Below, piece after piece: positions 1 through 9,171 of a stretch of 32,000 nucleotides of DNA. A program made the position numbers and the translations under genes. Numbering within the stretch: the stretch's first letter is position 1; every line of letters starts with the position of its first letter. Source of the stretch: Patescibacteria group bacterium. GTDB taxonomy: Bacteria > Patescibacteriota > UBA1384 > XYA2-FULL-43-10. Location: assembly GCA_041674405.1 (NCBI GenBank), contig JBAYVT010000002.1, positions 60,001 through 92,000 on the forward strand, written 5' to 3'. The notes below the pieces were generated by a model. That model searched no databases. It was not told the origin of the DNA and saw only the letters and a program-made list of their open reading frames with translations.

Positions 1-117
1 CTCGATTGCCAAATCCTCATCCCCACCAGCTTCAATAAGAGCTGATTTAACTTCCATCATTGGAAGACCAGTTTTGGCTCTGAGTTCTGCAATTTCTTTA
101 GCTGTAATATTTGCCAT
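1..117 (-). CDS. tsf: Elongation factor Ts, N-terminal part (runs off the window)
   Basis: Reverse complement of 1-117 reads [39 protein letters not shown], the canonical EF-Ts N-terminus; directly downstream of rpsB as expected. Confidence 0.96.
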   Translation of the reverse strand, partial: MANITAKEIAELRAKTGLPMMEVKSALIEAGGDEDLAIE

Positions 118-131
118 GTTCCTCCAAAAAA

Positions 132-836
132 TTAATTTTTATCGTTAGCCACCGCCCCTTTGTTTTCTTTGATCGTTTTTGCAAATAAATTTACAAATAG
201 GGCAATGGATTTTGTGGCATCGTCGTTAGCTGGAATAGGATAGTCGACTAGATTCGGATCAGCATTGGTATCTACTATACCAATTGTCGTAACCCCAGAT
301 TGAGTTGCTTCTTTTATGGCATTTTTTTCATCATGAACCCCAACCAGGATGATTACGTCAGGCTGTTTGGAAAGGCCGACAAGTCCTCCGACCAATCTCT
401 CGCCTTTTTCAATTTCTTTTGTAAGTTTTACTTTGTCGCGTTTTTTCATCTCTGCAAATTCTGGGCTCGATACGATCAATCTGGCTCTTTCCAATTTCTT
501 GAAAGCTTTCTGAACTGTGTTGAAATTTGTTAACATTCCACCCAGCCAACGAGAAACAATGTAAGGCATACCACAATCCTGAGCGCCTTTTTTGACAATC
601 TCTTGGGCCTGTTTTTTGGTACCAACAAATAGGACCGTTTTCCCTTCTTTGGCCGCTTCAGCTAAAAAATTCATCGCGTCGGAAAGCTGTGATTGCGTTT
701 TTTCCAGATCAATAACATGGACACCAGATTTGGCGCCAAAAATAAATTTGTCCATTTTGGGGTGCCAACGACTGGTTTTGTGCCCAAAATGAACGCCTGC
801 TTCGAGCATCTCTCGAAGTGTTGGTGTGGTAACCAT
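132..836 (-). CDS. rpsB: 30S ribosomal protein S2
   Basis: 234 aa ORF with S2 features ([27 protein letters not shown]-like [20 protein letters not shown]); SD-like ggagaa upstream. Confidence 0.98.
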   Translation of the reverse strand: MVTTPTLREMLEAGVHFGHKTSRWHPKMDKFIFGAKSGVHVIDLEKTQSQLSDAMNFLAEAAKEGKTVLFVGTKKQAQEIVKKGAQDCGMPYIVSRWLGGMLTNFNTVQKAFKKLERARLIVSSPEFAEMKKRDKVKLTKEIEKGERLVGGLVGLSKQPDVIILVGVHDEKNAIKEATQSGVTTIGIVDTNADPNLVDYPIPANDDATKSIALFVNLFAKTIKENKGAVANDKN

Positions 837-855
837 AAACGATTCTCCTTTTTAA

Positions 856-955
856 CCTCCGCCTTACGATTTACCTCGGCCCGAAGATTTCGGGACGGGC
901 AAAGGATTTTTTAATCTCGGCTCGCCCAAAGGACGAGACGGATGAGAAAGGCGTG
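856..955 (-). promoter_or_regulatory. Putative structured 5' leader of rpsB mRNA
   Basis: On the minus strand: hairpin CTCGTCC-TTT-GGGCGAG (937-921), hairpin CCCGAA-ATC-TTCGGG (894-880), and possible closing stem CGCCTT (953-948) / AAGGCG (865-860), just upstream of the rpsB SD. Confidence 0.5.
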
Positions 956-1034
956 TGAATTTATTAACAATTAATTACTTTTAAGACATTATCATATTTT
1001 TTGGATAATTTCAATATTTAACCCGAACAATCCC

Positions 1035-1063
1035 TTGACATAATTTAAAAATATTGTTAAAGT
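1035..1063 (+). promoter_or_regulatory. Sigma70-like promoter
   Basis: TTGACA (1035-1040), 17 nt spacer, TAAAGT (1058-1063); reads toward the structured region and tRNA-Ile. Confidence 0.6.
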
Positions 1064-1069
1064 CGTTTT

Positions 1070-1230
1070 TGTCGGTTTCGCGGGAGATCGAAACCTGACG
1101 GGGCGAGGGTTCAAGGAGTCCGCTCCAGTCTCCCGCCTAATGGTGGCGAAGCGAAAGCTTATTGCCGAGAGGCAATCGCAAGTAACCAATCTTGCCGCCA
1201 TCCCAAACATTAAACCGCCCATGGGCGGTT
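1070..1230 (+). ncRNA. Candidate structured non-coding RNA or structured tRNA precursor leader, family unknown
   Basis: Stem GGTTTCG (1074-1080)/CGAAACC (1089-1095) whose loop CGGGAGA (1081-1087) is complementary to TCTCCCG (1129-1135); GGAG-TCCG-CTCC (1115-1126); multi-branch domain closed by ATGGTGGC (1140-1147)/GCCGCCAT (1194-1201) containing AAGC-GAAA-GCTT (1149-1160) and ATTGCC-GAGA-GGCAAT (1161-1176); 3' hairpin AACCGCCC-AT-GGGCGGTT (1213-1230). Confidence 0.6.
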
Positions 1231-1251
1231 AAGCTTGCCTCTTTGGAGGCA

Positions 1252-1328
1252 GGGTACGTAGCTCAGTTGGATAGAGCGTCTCCCTGATAAGGAGAAGGCC
1301 GGGGGTTCAATCCCCTCCGTACCCACCA
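1252..1328 (+). tRNA. tRNA-Ile (anticodon GAT), 3' CCA encoded
   Basis: Acceptor stem GGGTACG/CGTACCC, D-arm GCTCAGTTGGATAGAGC, anticodon loop CTGATAA, T-arm GGGGGTTCAATCCCC, then ACCA. Confidence 0.97.
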
Positions 1329-1333
1329 CCCTT

Positions 1334-1371
1334 CCCTCTCTGCGCCTCGCGCAGAGAGGGTTTCCCGTTTT
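1334..1371 (+). terminator. Rho-independent terminator after tRNA-Ile
   Basis: 12 bp stem CCCTCTCTGCGC (1334-1345), CTC loop, GCGCAGAGAGGG (1349-1360), followed by TTTCCCGTTTTT. Confidence 0.8.
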
Positions 1372-1414
1372 TAGGCTTGATTTTAAGTCAATATTCTGTT
1401 AATATAATTTCGTT

Positions 1415-1708
1415 ATGAAAAAAGTCATTCATCCAACTTATTATCCTGAGGCTAAGGTCACATGTGCATGTGGTGCAACTTTTACTATGGGATCAACCGA
1501 AAAAGAGATTCATGTAGAAATCTGCTCCGCCTGTCACCCATACTTTACCGGCAAAGAAAAACTGGTTGATACCGCTGGCCGCGTCGATAAATTTAAAGAG
1601 CGAATGGAAGCAGCCAAGAAGTTCAAAGAAACTAAAGAACTGAAGAACAAAAGAACCGAAGAACCAAAAGAGAATACTTCCAAAAACGAAAAATCTGAAG
1701 ATAAATAG
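1415..1708 (+). CDS. rpmE: 50S ribosomal protein L31
   Basis: [23 protein letters not shown]...[17 protein letters not shown], a four-cysteine L31, with a charged C-terminal extension. Confidence 0.96.
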   Translation: MKKVIHPTYYPEAKVTCACGATFTMGSTEKEIHVEICSACHPYFTGKEKLVDTAGRVDKFKERMEAAKKFKETKELKNKRTEEPKENTSKNEKSEDK

Positions 1709-1798
1709 CTCAATTTGAGATACAATGAAACCAGCGAGAATTTTCAAGCTGGTTTTTCATTATCTAACATAAGCCCAATAAGTCTTATTAGAATTTTT

Positions 1799-2872
1799 AT
1801 GAACGATAAACTACAAAAAATTTTAGATCGTTATTACAAACTCGATAATAAACTCAAGGATCCGGCGTTATCGTCAAATCCCGAGGAATTGGCTCACGTC
1901 GCTAAAGAAAAAGCTGAGATCGAAGATGATGCCAAAAAAATCGAGCGTTATTTTCAAATTGAAAAAAATATTGAAGAAAATAAAGAAATAATTCGCGATA
2001 ATGATCCCGAACTTTCTGAAATCGCAGAGTCCGAGCTCGATGATTTAACAGCGGAAAAATCTAATCTGGAACAAGATTTGAAGCGTCTCCTCGTTCCGGA
2101 AGATCCAATGGACAAAAAAAACGTCATCATCGAAATTCGCCCGGCAGCCGGTGGTGATGAGTCAGAGCTTTTCGCTGCTAAGATTTTTCGGATGTACTCT
2201 CGCTACGCTGAGCGCCAGGGTTGGAAAATGGAAATTTTAAATTCATCAATGAGTGGGATTGGGGGCATTAAGGACCTTTCATTTGAAATTAAAGGCGACA
2301 AGGTCTATTCGAAAATGAAATACGAATCAGGTGTTCATCGAGTCCAGAGAGTACCAGAAACTGAAAAAGCCGGCAGAATTCATACCTCAACAGTTACCGT
2401 GGCGGTACTTCCGGAAGCTGAGGAAGCTGATATTGAAATAAAACCCGAGGACCTTCGAATCGATGTTTTTCGATCCTCCGGCCCTGGCGGCCAATCGGTA
2501 AATACAACTGATTCCGCCGTTCGAATCACGCATACACCAACCGGGCTTGTGGTTACCTGCCAAGATGAAAAATCGCAATTGAAAAATAAGGCAAAAGCCC
2601 TGAACATCTTACGCTCTCGGCTTCTTTCGGCTGAAGAAGAAAGGTTATCCAAAGAAAGGGGAGATGCTCGCCGTTCGCAGATCGGCACCGGAGATAGATC
2701 GGAAAAAATCCGCACTTATAACTTCCCCCAAGATCGCATTACCGATCACCGGATCAATATGTCCTGGCATTCATTGCCAAAAATTATGGATGGTGATATT
2801 GAGCCGATAATTACTGCCCTCATTGCGGAAGACCAAGCACGAAAATTACAATCTGAATCTAATGAATCTTAA
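1799..2872 (+). CDS. prfA: Peptide chain release factor 1
   Basis: Start at [22 protein letters not shown] is more likely than the longer ORF start at 1715. Contains the GGQ motif in [25 protein letters not shown]. Confidence 0.96.
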   Translation: MNDKLQKILDRYYKLDNKLKDPALSSNPEELAHVAKEKAEIEDDAKKIERYFQIEKNIEENKEIIRDNDPELSEIAESELDDLTAEKSNLEQDLKRLLVPEDPMDKKNVIIEIRPAAGGDESELFAAKIFRMYSRYAERQGWKMEILNSSMSGIGGIKDLSFEIKGDKVYSKMKYESGVHRVQRVPETEKAGRIHTSTVTVAVLPEAEEADIEIKPEDLRIDVFRSSGPGGQSVNTTDSAVRITHTPTGLVVTCQDEKSQLKNKAKALNILRSRLLSAEEERLSKERGDARRSQIGTGDRSEKIRTYNFPQDRITDHRINMSWHSLPKIMDGDIEPIITALIAEDQARKLQSESNES

Positions 2873-3725
2873 AACCGCTTTTTTGCGCGCCAAAAATGAA
2901 CTCAATGCAATAGGCATTAAAACAGCCGAACTCGATGCCAAAGTTTTGCTTTTGCAGGTTATCGAAGAAAATGATGTTTATCTTTTGAAAAATCCCCTTT
3001 TCCCTTTAACCAACTCGCAATATTCAAAATTCCGCCGATGTATTCGCCGGCGAAAGTCTGGCGAACCGGTCGCCTATATTCTCGGCCATAAAGAATTTTT
3101 TGGTTTTGATTTTAAGGTAAACAAAAATGTCCTCATTCCACGACCGGAAACCGAACTCATCGTCGAGCAAGCAATCGAGTTTATAAAGCATAAAGTCCAA
3201 AAATTCGAAGGCAAATTAAACATCATCGATATTGGCACCGGTTCCGGCTGCATTATAATTTCAATCGCAAATTCTCTACGGACTATGGGCTATGGACTAC
3301 GTGCTAAATTGTATGCAAGTGATATTTCTGATAAAGCACTGCGAGTCGCCAGACTGAATGCCAAGAAGAATGGGGTTAATAAACAAATTAAATTTTTCCG
3401 TTCGGACCTATTTTCGAATGGAAAATTGCCAAAAAAATTCGATTTAATTTTAGCAAATCTGCCTTACCTAAAATCGAATTATAAAAATCTGGATTCCGAA
3501 CCAAAAATCGCACTCGACGGAGGAAGGAATGGATTGAAAATTGTCAGCTCATTAATTGAGCTTTTGCCGGAAAAATTAAACCGCAGCGGCATTGCCCTCC
3601 TAGAGATTGACAACGATCAACCAGAAAAAATTAAAAAAAACGTTGGTAATATTCCAAATTTAAAATTTGAAGAAGTAAAATCCATTCCTCATTGGCACGG
3701 CACGATAAAAATTTCAAGAAATTGA
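2862..3725 (+). CDS. prmC: Release factor glutamine methyltransferase (PrmC/HemK-like)
   Basis: SAM-binding [15 protein letters not shown]; catalytic-site motif reads NLPY; start overlaps the prfA end. Longer ORF start at 2823 considered unlikely. Confidence 0.92.
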   Translation: MNLKTAFLRAKNELNAIGIKTAELDAKVLLLQVIEENDVYLLKNPLFPLTNSQYSKFRRCIRRRKSGEPVAYILGHKEFFGFDFKVNKNVLIPRPETELIVEQAIEFIKHKVQKFEGKLNIIDIGTGSGCIIISIANSLRTMGYGLRAKLYASDISDKALRVARLNAKKNGVNKQIKFFRSDLFSNGKLPKKFDLILANLPYLKSNYKNLDSEPKIALDGGRNGLKIVSSLIELLPEKLNRSGIALLEIDNDQPEKIKKNVGNIPNLKFEEVKSIPHWHGTIKISRN

Positions 3726-3750
3726 AAAATCCGCCATCGGGCGGATTTTT
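3725..3750. terminator. Bidirectional rho-independent terminator between convergent prmC and the HtrA gene
   Basis: AAAAATCCGCC-ATCG-GGCGGATTTTT, perfect 11 bp inverted repeat with A/T runs on both sides. Confidence 0.88.
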
Positions 3751-3802
3751 CATATACTTGTGATAATTTGCGTAAAGGATTATGCACGCTACTCTGATTA
3801 TC

Positions 3803-5032
3803 TTATTGTGATTGCTGAAGTACTACCTTCACATCTTTTTCATCACCCTTAGAGAGAATACGAAGTGTAATCGTGTCTCCGATTTTGTATTGCTGGATAA
3901 GGTTTACAAGGCTATGATCAACATCAACTTTTTCTCCGTTTATCTCTAGAATAATATCGTTTTCAACAATTCCTGCTTTATCTGCCGGCGATCCTGGCAC
4001 AACAGCAACTTGTCCAAGGCCATTACCCCGAATTACGAGTGCCCCATAATCAACGGACAAATTATTCTGTTGTGCAATATCTTTGGTAATTTGAATATAT
4101 CTTACTCCAAGATACGGACGAACAATTTTTCCGGTAGCCTTGATGCTGTCGATAGCCGTTTTTGCTACATTGATCGGAATAGCAAAACCGATTCCTTGTG
4201 CATTTGATGCTACCGCCGTATTTATTCCGATAACCTGGCCAGCCAAATTGACTAACGGCCCACCAGAATTTCCGGGGTTAATCGCGGCATCGGTTTGTAA
4301 AAGCCCGGTTAAATCTTCAGATGTCGTTCCCGTGGAATCTGATGCCTGAACTGATCGATTTACTCCCGAAATTACCCCTTGGGTAACAGTATTCTGATAT
4401 TGCCCCAGAGCATTTCCTACCGCTACAACCCATTGCCCAACAACCAATTGGTCCGAGTCGCCAAGTTCCACTACCGGCAAATTATTAGCGTCGATTTTGA
4501 CTACAGCCAAATCCTGCGTAGGATCGAGTGATTGAACTGTTGCGTCAAATGATCTACCATCGGCCAGAACAACGGTGTATTGGGTATTGGTATCAGAAAC
4601 GACATGCTTATTAGTGAGAATCAATCCGTCATTCGTGATGATGAAGCCCGTTCCGGCGCCCTGTGATTGAACAGTTTGGCCAAATAAATTCTGATAAGTT
4701 GATTTAGATACGATTGAAACCACCGAAGGAGAGACCTTTTTGCTCGCATCGATCACCGCATTGGATTCCTGTAGTACTAATTTCTGGGTGGTGGTTGTTC
4801 CAATTGATAGATTGCCAACATTTTTTACCCCAAGCTTGTTGGCGATTGCGCCATTGTTTGTAAATAATACAACGATTGCAAACATGCCTCCTATTATTCC
4901 CAAAACAAACGCTGTGATTACAACAAATACTGATAAAACAAGGGCCTTGCTTTTTCTTTTGGGTGTAACACTTGGCATTTCCGGGCTACCAAAATTGCTA
5001 TCTTCTATTTTTATTTCTTGAGGAGACATCAA
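3803..5032 (-). CDS. HtrA/DegP-like membrane-anchored serine protease with C-terminal PDZ domain
   Basis: N-terminal TM segment; NKHVV, DLAVVKID and NPGNSGGPL catalytic motifs; PDZ-like C-terminus (LGVRYIQIT...GSPADKAGIVENDIILEINGEKV). Confidence 0.95.
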   Translation of the reverse strand: MMSPQEIKIEDSNFGSPEMPSVTPKRKSKALVLSVFVVITAFVLGIIGGMFAIVVLFTNNGAIANKLGVKNVGNLSIGTTTTQKLVLQESNAVIDASKKVSPSVVSIVSKSTYQNLFGQTVQSQGAGTGFIITNDGLILTNKHVVSDTNTQYTVVLADGRSFDATVQSLDPTQDLAVVKIDANNLPVVELGDSDQLVVGQWVVAVGNALGQYQNTVTQGVISGVNRSVQASDSTGTTSEDLTGLLQTDAAINPGNSGGPLVNLAGQVIGINTAVASNAQGIGFAIPINVAKTAIDSIKATGKIVRPYLGVRYIQITKDIAQQNNLSVDYGALVIRGNGLGQVAVVPGSPADKAGIVENDIILEINGEKVDVDHSLVNLIQQYKIGDTITLRILSKGDEKDVKVVLQQSQ

Positions 5033-5141
5033 TCCTCCATACTTAATTCTATATACAAACTAAAATTATACTTTAGATATTCAGTAAGTTCAATGTACGA
5101 TTAAATTCTACCCCTAATATACTGAGAATTCCCTTAAAAAA

Positions 5142-5705
5142 TTAAGAGCTTTTGCGAATAAAATTTTTAAGCTTTAACTCATCATCTTTAAGCTCACGCT
5201 CTAGTACCACCCAGCCATTTTTATCCAGATTCACATTTGGCACGATATGCAACTTTCCGTCATCTGCAACAATCCGGACCTTTCTTATGTCAACTTTTTG
5301 AATCACGCCTTCGACATCACCGGTCTTAACCCTGAATCCAACCTCAAAATCTTCATCTTTAGCTAAAAAGACGCCGGAAATAATATCCGAAGTCAAGGTT
5401 GTGGCACCATTCGCCAAAGCTAAACCAAGAACTAGAAGCGATCCTGAGATGGTGATTGCGATTGAAGTAAAACCAAGCGCTCTTGCCATTTCTCCAAATA
5501 ATAATACCCAGAATATAATTGTTAGCATCGAAATAATTATTCCGGATAATGCTTTTGGCACCTTAGTATATTTCAAAGTGTTTTTTAAAACCGAAAGCAC
5601 AATGCGTATAATTATGTAACCTATTACCAAGCCAAGCACTACAAAAGGAAGCTTGGGCAGATAATTCAAGATGGGATCCCAAAATCTCGTAACGATATAA
5701 TTCAT
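5142..5705 (-). CDS. Small-conductance mechanosensitive channel family protein (MscS-like)
   Basis: 187 aa with several TM helices followed by an MscS-like pore and beta domain (GLALANGATTLTSDIISGVFLAKDEDFEVGFRVKTGDVEGVIQKVDIRKVRIVADDGKLHIVPN). Confidence 0.88.
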   Translation of the reverse strand: MNYIVTRFWDPILNYLPKLPFVVLGLVIGYIIIRIVLSVLKNTLKYTKVPKALSGIIISMLTIIFWVLLFGEMARALGFTSIAITISGSLLVLGLALANGATTLTSDIISGVFLAKDEDFEVGFRVKTGDVEGVIQKVDIRKVRIVADDGKLHIVPNVNLDKNGWVVLERELKDDELKLKNFIRKSS

Positions 5706-7117
5706 TTGCTCTCCAATCTCTCAGTAATTAATTTATTTATGATCTGCGGATTGGCTTTTCCACCCATTTCGCGCATAACAAGACCAACAAAAAAACCTAA
5801 AAGTTTTTTCTCACCAGTTCGATATCGCTCAGCCTCGGCCGGATTCTCTGAAATTATCTTGTCAACAATTTTTCCAACTGAGTCTTCGTCGGAAACTTGT
5901 TCGAGGCCTTCGGCCTTAATAATTTCAGCTGCAGTTGTACCGCTTTCAACCATTTTAGAGAAAATGTTCTTTGCAGTGTTGTACGAAATTTTTCCTGATT
6001 TTATAAAAGAAAGAAGGTCACCAAGATGTGTTATTGGAACCCGTTTTTTGTACTCTTCATATGTGAGCTTTTTGTTGGCAATTTCCCGGCTGACTTCTTC
6101 GGTCACCCAGAGAGCCAATGCTTTTTCTAATTTTTCCGCATCCTTAAGATAAGTCGCATGATCAATATTTGAGACAATTTTATCAGCAATGTTTTCTGGA
6201 ATTTCAGATTCATTAAGATGTGCTTTGAGTGTTGCGGGTGTATGCCCAATAGATTTTTTAATTGTTTCAACCGCATCGTTCGGGGTTTTGACCGGTGGTA
6301 AATCAGGTTCTGGAAAATATCGATAGTCGGCAGCTTCCTCTTTGCGGCGTTGTTCGAAAGTAATATCTTTTTTGCTGTCATAACCTCGAGTGATCTTCGA
6401 TTTTTTTTCCGGCCAATTTTGGTAATCGTCTTCCAATCTTTTTGCTTCGATCAGAAGCGCCCTTTCAATAAATTTGAACGAATTAATATTCTTGAGTTCA
6501 ACTATTGGCGACATCTTTCCATTTTCATCCTTCACATCAATATTGGCATCGCAGCGCAAATGTCCCTTTTCCATCGATGCCTCGGAAACTCCGAGATATT
6601 TTACGAGAAGAACAAGTTCCTGCAAAAATTTTTTTGCTTCCGCCGGCGAGGTAATGTCCGGCTCGGTCACTATTTCCATAAGGGGTGTGCCGGCGCGGTT
6701 AAGGTCAACATAACTTGCACCATTTTTATGTATTAATTTGCCGGCATCTTCCTCGAGATGAATGCGGTTTAATCTAATTTTGTGCCCGTCAATTTCAAGA
6801 TGTCCCCCAATGCAAAAAGGTTGATCGTACTGGCTAACCTGAAAACCTTTTGGCAAATCCGGGTAGAAATAGTGTTTTCGGTCAAATTTTGAAAGGGGAT
6901 TGATTTTGCAATTCATAGCCAGGCCAGTCTTGATAGTCCACTCTATTGCTTGCTTATTCGCAACAGGCAACGCGCCTGGCATGCCAAGGCAGACTGGACA
7001 AACATTGGAGTTTGGCTCGGCAGATTCCGAATTATTGTCACATTCACAGAACATTTTGCTTTTCGTCGCAAGCTGTACATGAATTTCTAATCCGATTGTA
7101 GTTTTAAACTTAGGCAT
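5702..7117 (-). CDS. gatB: Aspartyl/glutamyl-tRNA amidotransferase subunit B
   Basis: KTTIGLEIHVQLATKSKMFCECDN..., VCPVCLGMPGALPV, TPLMEIVTEPD, YRYFPEPDLPP-like motifs. Confidence 0.98.
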   Translation of the reverse strand: MPKFKTTIGLEIHVQLATKSKMFCECDNNSESAEPNSNVCPVCLGMPGALPVANKQAIEWTIKTGLAMNCKINPLSKFDRKHYFYPDLPKGFQVSQYDQPFCIGGHLEIDGHKIRLNRIHLEEDAGKLIHKNGASYVDLNRAGTPLMEIVTEPDITSPAEAKKFLQELVLLVKYLGVSEASMEKGHLRCDANIDVKDENGKMSPIVELKNINSFKFIERALLIEAKRLEDDYQNWPEKKSKITRGYDSKKDITFEQRRKEEAADYRYFPEPDLPPVKTPNDAVETIKKSIGHTPATLKAHLNESEIPENIADKIVSNIDHATYLKDAEKLEKALALWVTEEVSREIANKKLTYEEYKKRVPITHLGDLLSFIKSGKISYNTAKNIFSKMVESGTTAAEIIKAEGLEQVSDEDSVGKIVDKIISENPAEAERYRTGEKKLLGFFVGLVMREMGGKANPQIINKLITERLESK

Positions 7118-7653
7118 TATCTTCCTTCGGAATCGTTAACATTATCTTCTTTGTATCGTGTCGCTTGTTCAGAACTGGTTCTCCAATCACCCTGTCCTGT
7201 GGTCACGGTCTTTGGTGTATCATGTTCACCAGCCAAATATCCGGGCAATGCATCTTCAACATGATCCCTTAAATAAGTGGCATTTCTCATATCTCTCCAT
7301 GAATGGTAGTATTTTGGAATGATCCCTTGATTTATCACGGATGAGGCATAATTCAAATATTGATCACTGGGCTTTAACTCAAGACTGGAAGCAAGATAGT
7401 CTTTCACCTGTTCGATGGAATTTGGGTCATAAGGGTCTAGTGAAGAAATACCAAGAATATTTGAAATGATAATCAATCGGACCAATGGACTTGATTGCTC
7501 TAAACCGGCAATAATATCATCGATCGTTTTTTCTTCGTTTCTATGTAAATGTTCACGTATAATTTGCGGAAACTGATCTGAAAAAAGTGAGACCTTTTCA
7601 ACAGCGTTTTCTGTTTCACCTGGAGGGATAGCTCCAATTCCTTCAGATTTCAT
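7117..7653 (-). CDS. Hypothetical protein, translationally coupled to gatB (TAATG overlap)
   Basis: 178 aa intact ORF tightly packed in the operon; no family recognised. Confidence 0.75.
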   Translation of the reverse strand: MKSEGIGAIPPGETENAVEKVSLFSDQFPQIIREHLHRNEEKTIDDIIAGLEQSSPLVRLIIISNILGISSLDPYDPNSIEQVKDYLASSLELKPSDQYLNYASSVINQGIIPKYYHSWRDMRNATYLRDHVEDALPGYLAGEHDTPKTVTTGQGDWRTSSEQATRYKEDNVNDSEGR

Positions 7654-7671
7654 TATGTAAACCTCATTAAA

Positions 7672-8118
7672 TTATATTTCCTGAATATAAGCTAAAAATT
7701 TTTGGGTGGCAGACACTAACGTTTGTCGCCCGATTTCTCCGTTGTCATGGGCAATCTGATTTCTTATTTTATGCGCGTACCATACTGATTCATATGTATT
7801 CCTATCCATAAATTTTTCCGCCGCGCGCAATCTGTCAGCAAACGTTTCCCCTTCACAACCTTTCAATTTCAAAATGAAATCCACCAACTTGTCTGCTTCC
7901 AAAACCGCATGTTTTAGCTCAATTTTATTGTCCGAATTAGCAAGATCTAAAATTTCATTTCTTTTTGTGCGGATATAATTTTTCTCCTCGTTTGAAATTC
8001 CCCGCTTGACTTTGCCTTTCTTTCGAAATGGCAAAGTAACAAGCCACCATAACCCACGGAACAATCCTAAAACTATTACTTCCGGAACCGTTTGCTGATT
8101 TTTTTTATAATTTGCCAT
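7672..8118 (-). CDS. Hypothetical protein with N-terminal hydrophobic segment and a HEPN-like C-terminal region
   Basis: VIVLGLFRGLWWLVTLPF hydrophobic stretch; C-terminal helical region with IRNQIAHD (R-x4-H). Confidence 0.75.
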   Translation of the reverse strand: MANYKKNQQTVPEVIVLGLFRGLWWLVTLPFRKKGKVKRGISNEEKNYIRTKRNEILDLANSDNKIELKHAVLEADKLVDFILKLKGCEGETFADRLRAAEKFMDRNTYESVWYAHKIRNQIAHDNGEIGRQTLVSATQKFLAYIQEI

Positions 8119-8783
8119 TATTTGATCTCTATCGAATTAATATAAACCGGACTCACGGGTTTATCATTCGAATCAGTAGCTACTTCGGAAATGCTTTTTA
8201 CCACATCCATCCCGGATAATACTTCGCCGAAAACCGTATATTTTCCATCGAGCTGAGGCTGTGGTTGGTCAGAGACAATGAAAAACTGGCTTCCGTTCGT
8301 ATTCGGGCCAGAGTTTGCCATCGCAAGCGTGCCGGCGACAATCTTGTGGTCATTAATTTCATCATTAAATTCATATCCCGGCCCACCAGTTCCATCACCC
8401 TTTGGATCACCGCTTTGGATCATGAAGCTTTTAATCACTCGGTGAAACGTAAGACCATCATAAAATTTTTGATCCGCCAATTTTTCGAAATTTGCGACAG
8501 TATTTGGCGCATCCTGATCATATAGTTTAAGATCAATATCACCGAGGGAAGTCGTAATGAGTGCTTCGTGTCTAGCGGGCGGATTTAAAGTTGCATTTAT
8601 TTTCCCGCCAACAAAAGGAAATACAATGATAAGCGCAACCGCAACCACATACACCCAAAAATCAATTCTGTGCCAAGGCTCAGACCATGGGTTACTTAAA
8701 AATCTCTTCTTTTTTACAAGTTCCTTCTTGTCTATTATCTCTTCAATTTTTTTCTCTTTTCTTATGCGAGCTTTTTTACCCAT
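8118..8783 (-). CDS. Membrane-anchored cyclophilin-type peptidyl-prolyl cis-trans isomerase
   Basis: [64 protein letters not shown]...NTNGSQFFI; preceded by a TM anchor. Start at [12 protein letters not shown] preferred over the 8924 ORF start. Confidence 0.95.
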   Translation of the reverse strand: MGKKARIRKEKKIEEIIDKKELVKKKRFLSNPWSEPWHRIDFWVYVVAVALIIVFPFVGGKINATLNPPARHEALITTSLGDIDLKLYDQDAPNTVANFEKLADQKFYDGLTFHRVIKSFMIQSGDPKGDGTGGPGYEFNDEINDHKIVAGTLAMANSGPNTNGSQFFIVSDQPQPQLDGKYTVFGEVLSGMDVVKSISEVATDSNDKPVSPVYINSIEIK

Positions 8784-8835
8784 CGGTTCCTTCAAAACAA
8801 ATACTAATTTCTTAACTCTGGAAAAATGATCAGGA

Positions 8836-9171
8836 TTATTTTTGTAGCTTTTTACGCCTTGCTTTGATCTTCCCCATCTTCTTTTTAACTGATTCAAAAG
8901 CATCGATATCAATATTCTCGGCAATAAGTAAAGCAGTAATTATCACGTCGGCAATTTCACTGGAAATGTTATCTTTTTTATAATCAGACATTTTTTCACT
9001 GCGCTGCATATTCATTGACGACATAATTTCGTTGGATAATTCACCAACCTCTTCCATCAATTTCACGGTTCGATTGAGTGTTCTGCGATCTTGGTCATAA
9101 ATTGCGCCAATCTCACTAAGTGTTTTTTCATGCTCTTCCCTGATCAATTTTTGAATTTCTTCCGTATTCAT
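8836..9171 (-). CDS. MazG-like nucleotide pyrophosphohydrolase
   Basis: [11 protein letters not shown]...[26 protein letters not shown] matches the EExxE...ExxD pattern of all-alpha NTP pyrophosphatases. Confidence 0.85.
   Translation of the reverse strand: MNTEEIQKLIREEHEKTLSEIGAIYDQDRRTLNRTVKLMEEVGELSNEIMSSMNMQRSEKMSDYKKDNISSEIADVIITALLIAENIDIDAFESVKKKMGKIKARRKKLQK

Noticed and set aside
300-914. Plus-strand ORFs opposite rpsB (300..533, 592..792, 693..914)
   Set aside because: They are antisense to the well-supported rpsB, with low-complexity or implausible peptides.
992-1222. 76 aa minus-strand ORF across the structured region
   Set aside because: The sequence is explained better by RNA structure; no SD or protein-like features, and it overlaps the predicted promoter.
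1070-1230. Assignment of the structured region to RNase P RNA, tmRNA, SRP RNA or a second tRNA
   Set aside because: No GAGGAAAGUCC-type RNase P core, no tmRNA tag/acceptor arrangement, no GGAAGGAAGCAGCC-like SRP loop, and no standard D and T arms. The GCGGGAGA/TCTCCCGC pair is acceptor-like but encloses only ~41 nt.
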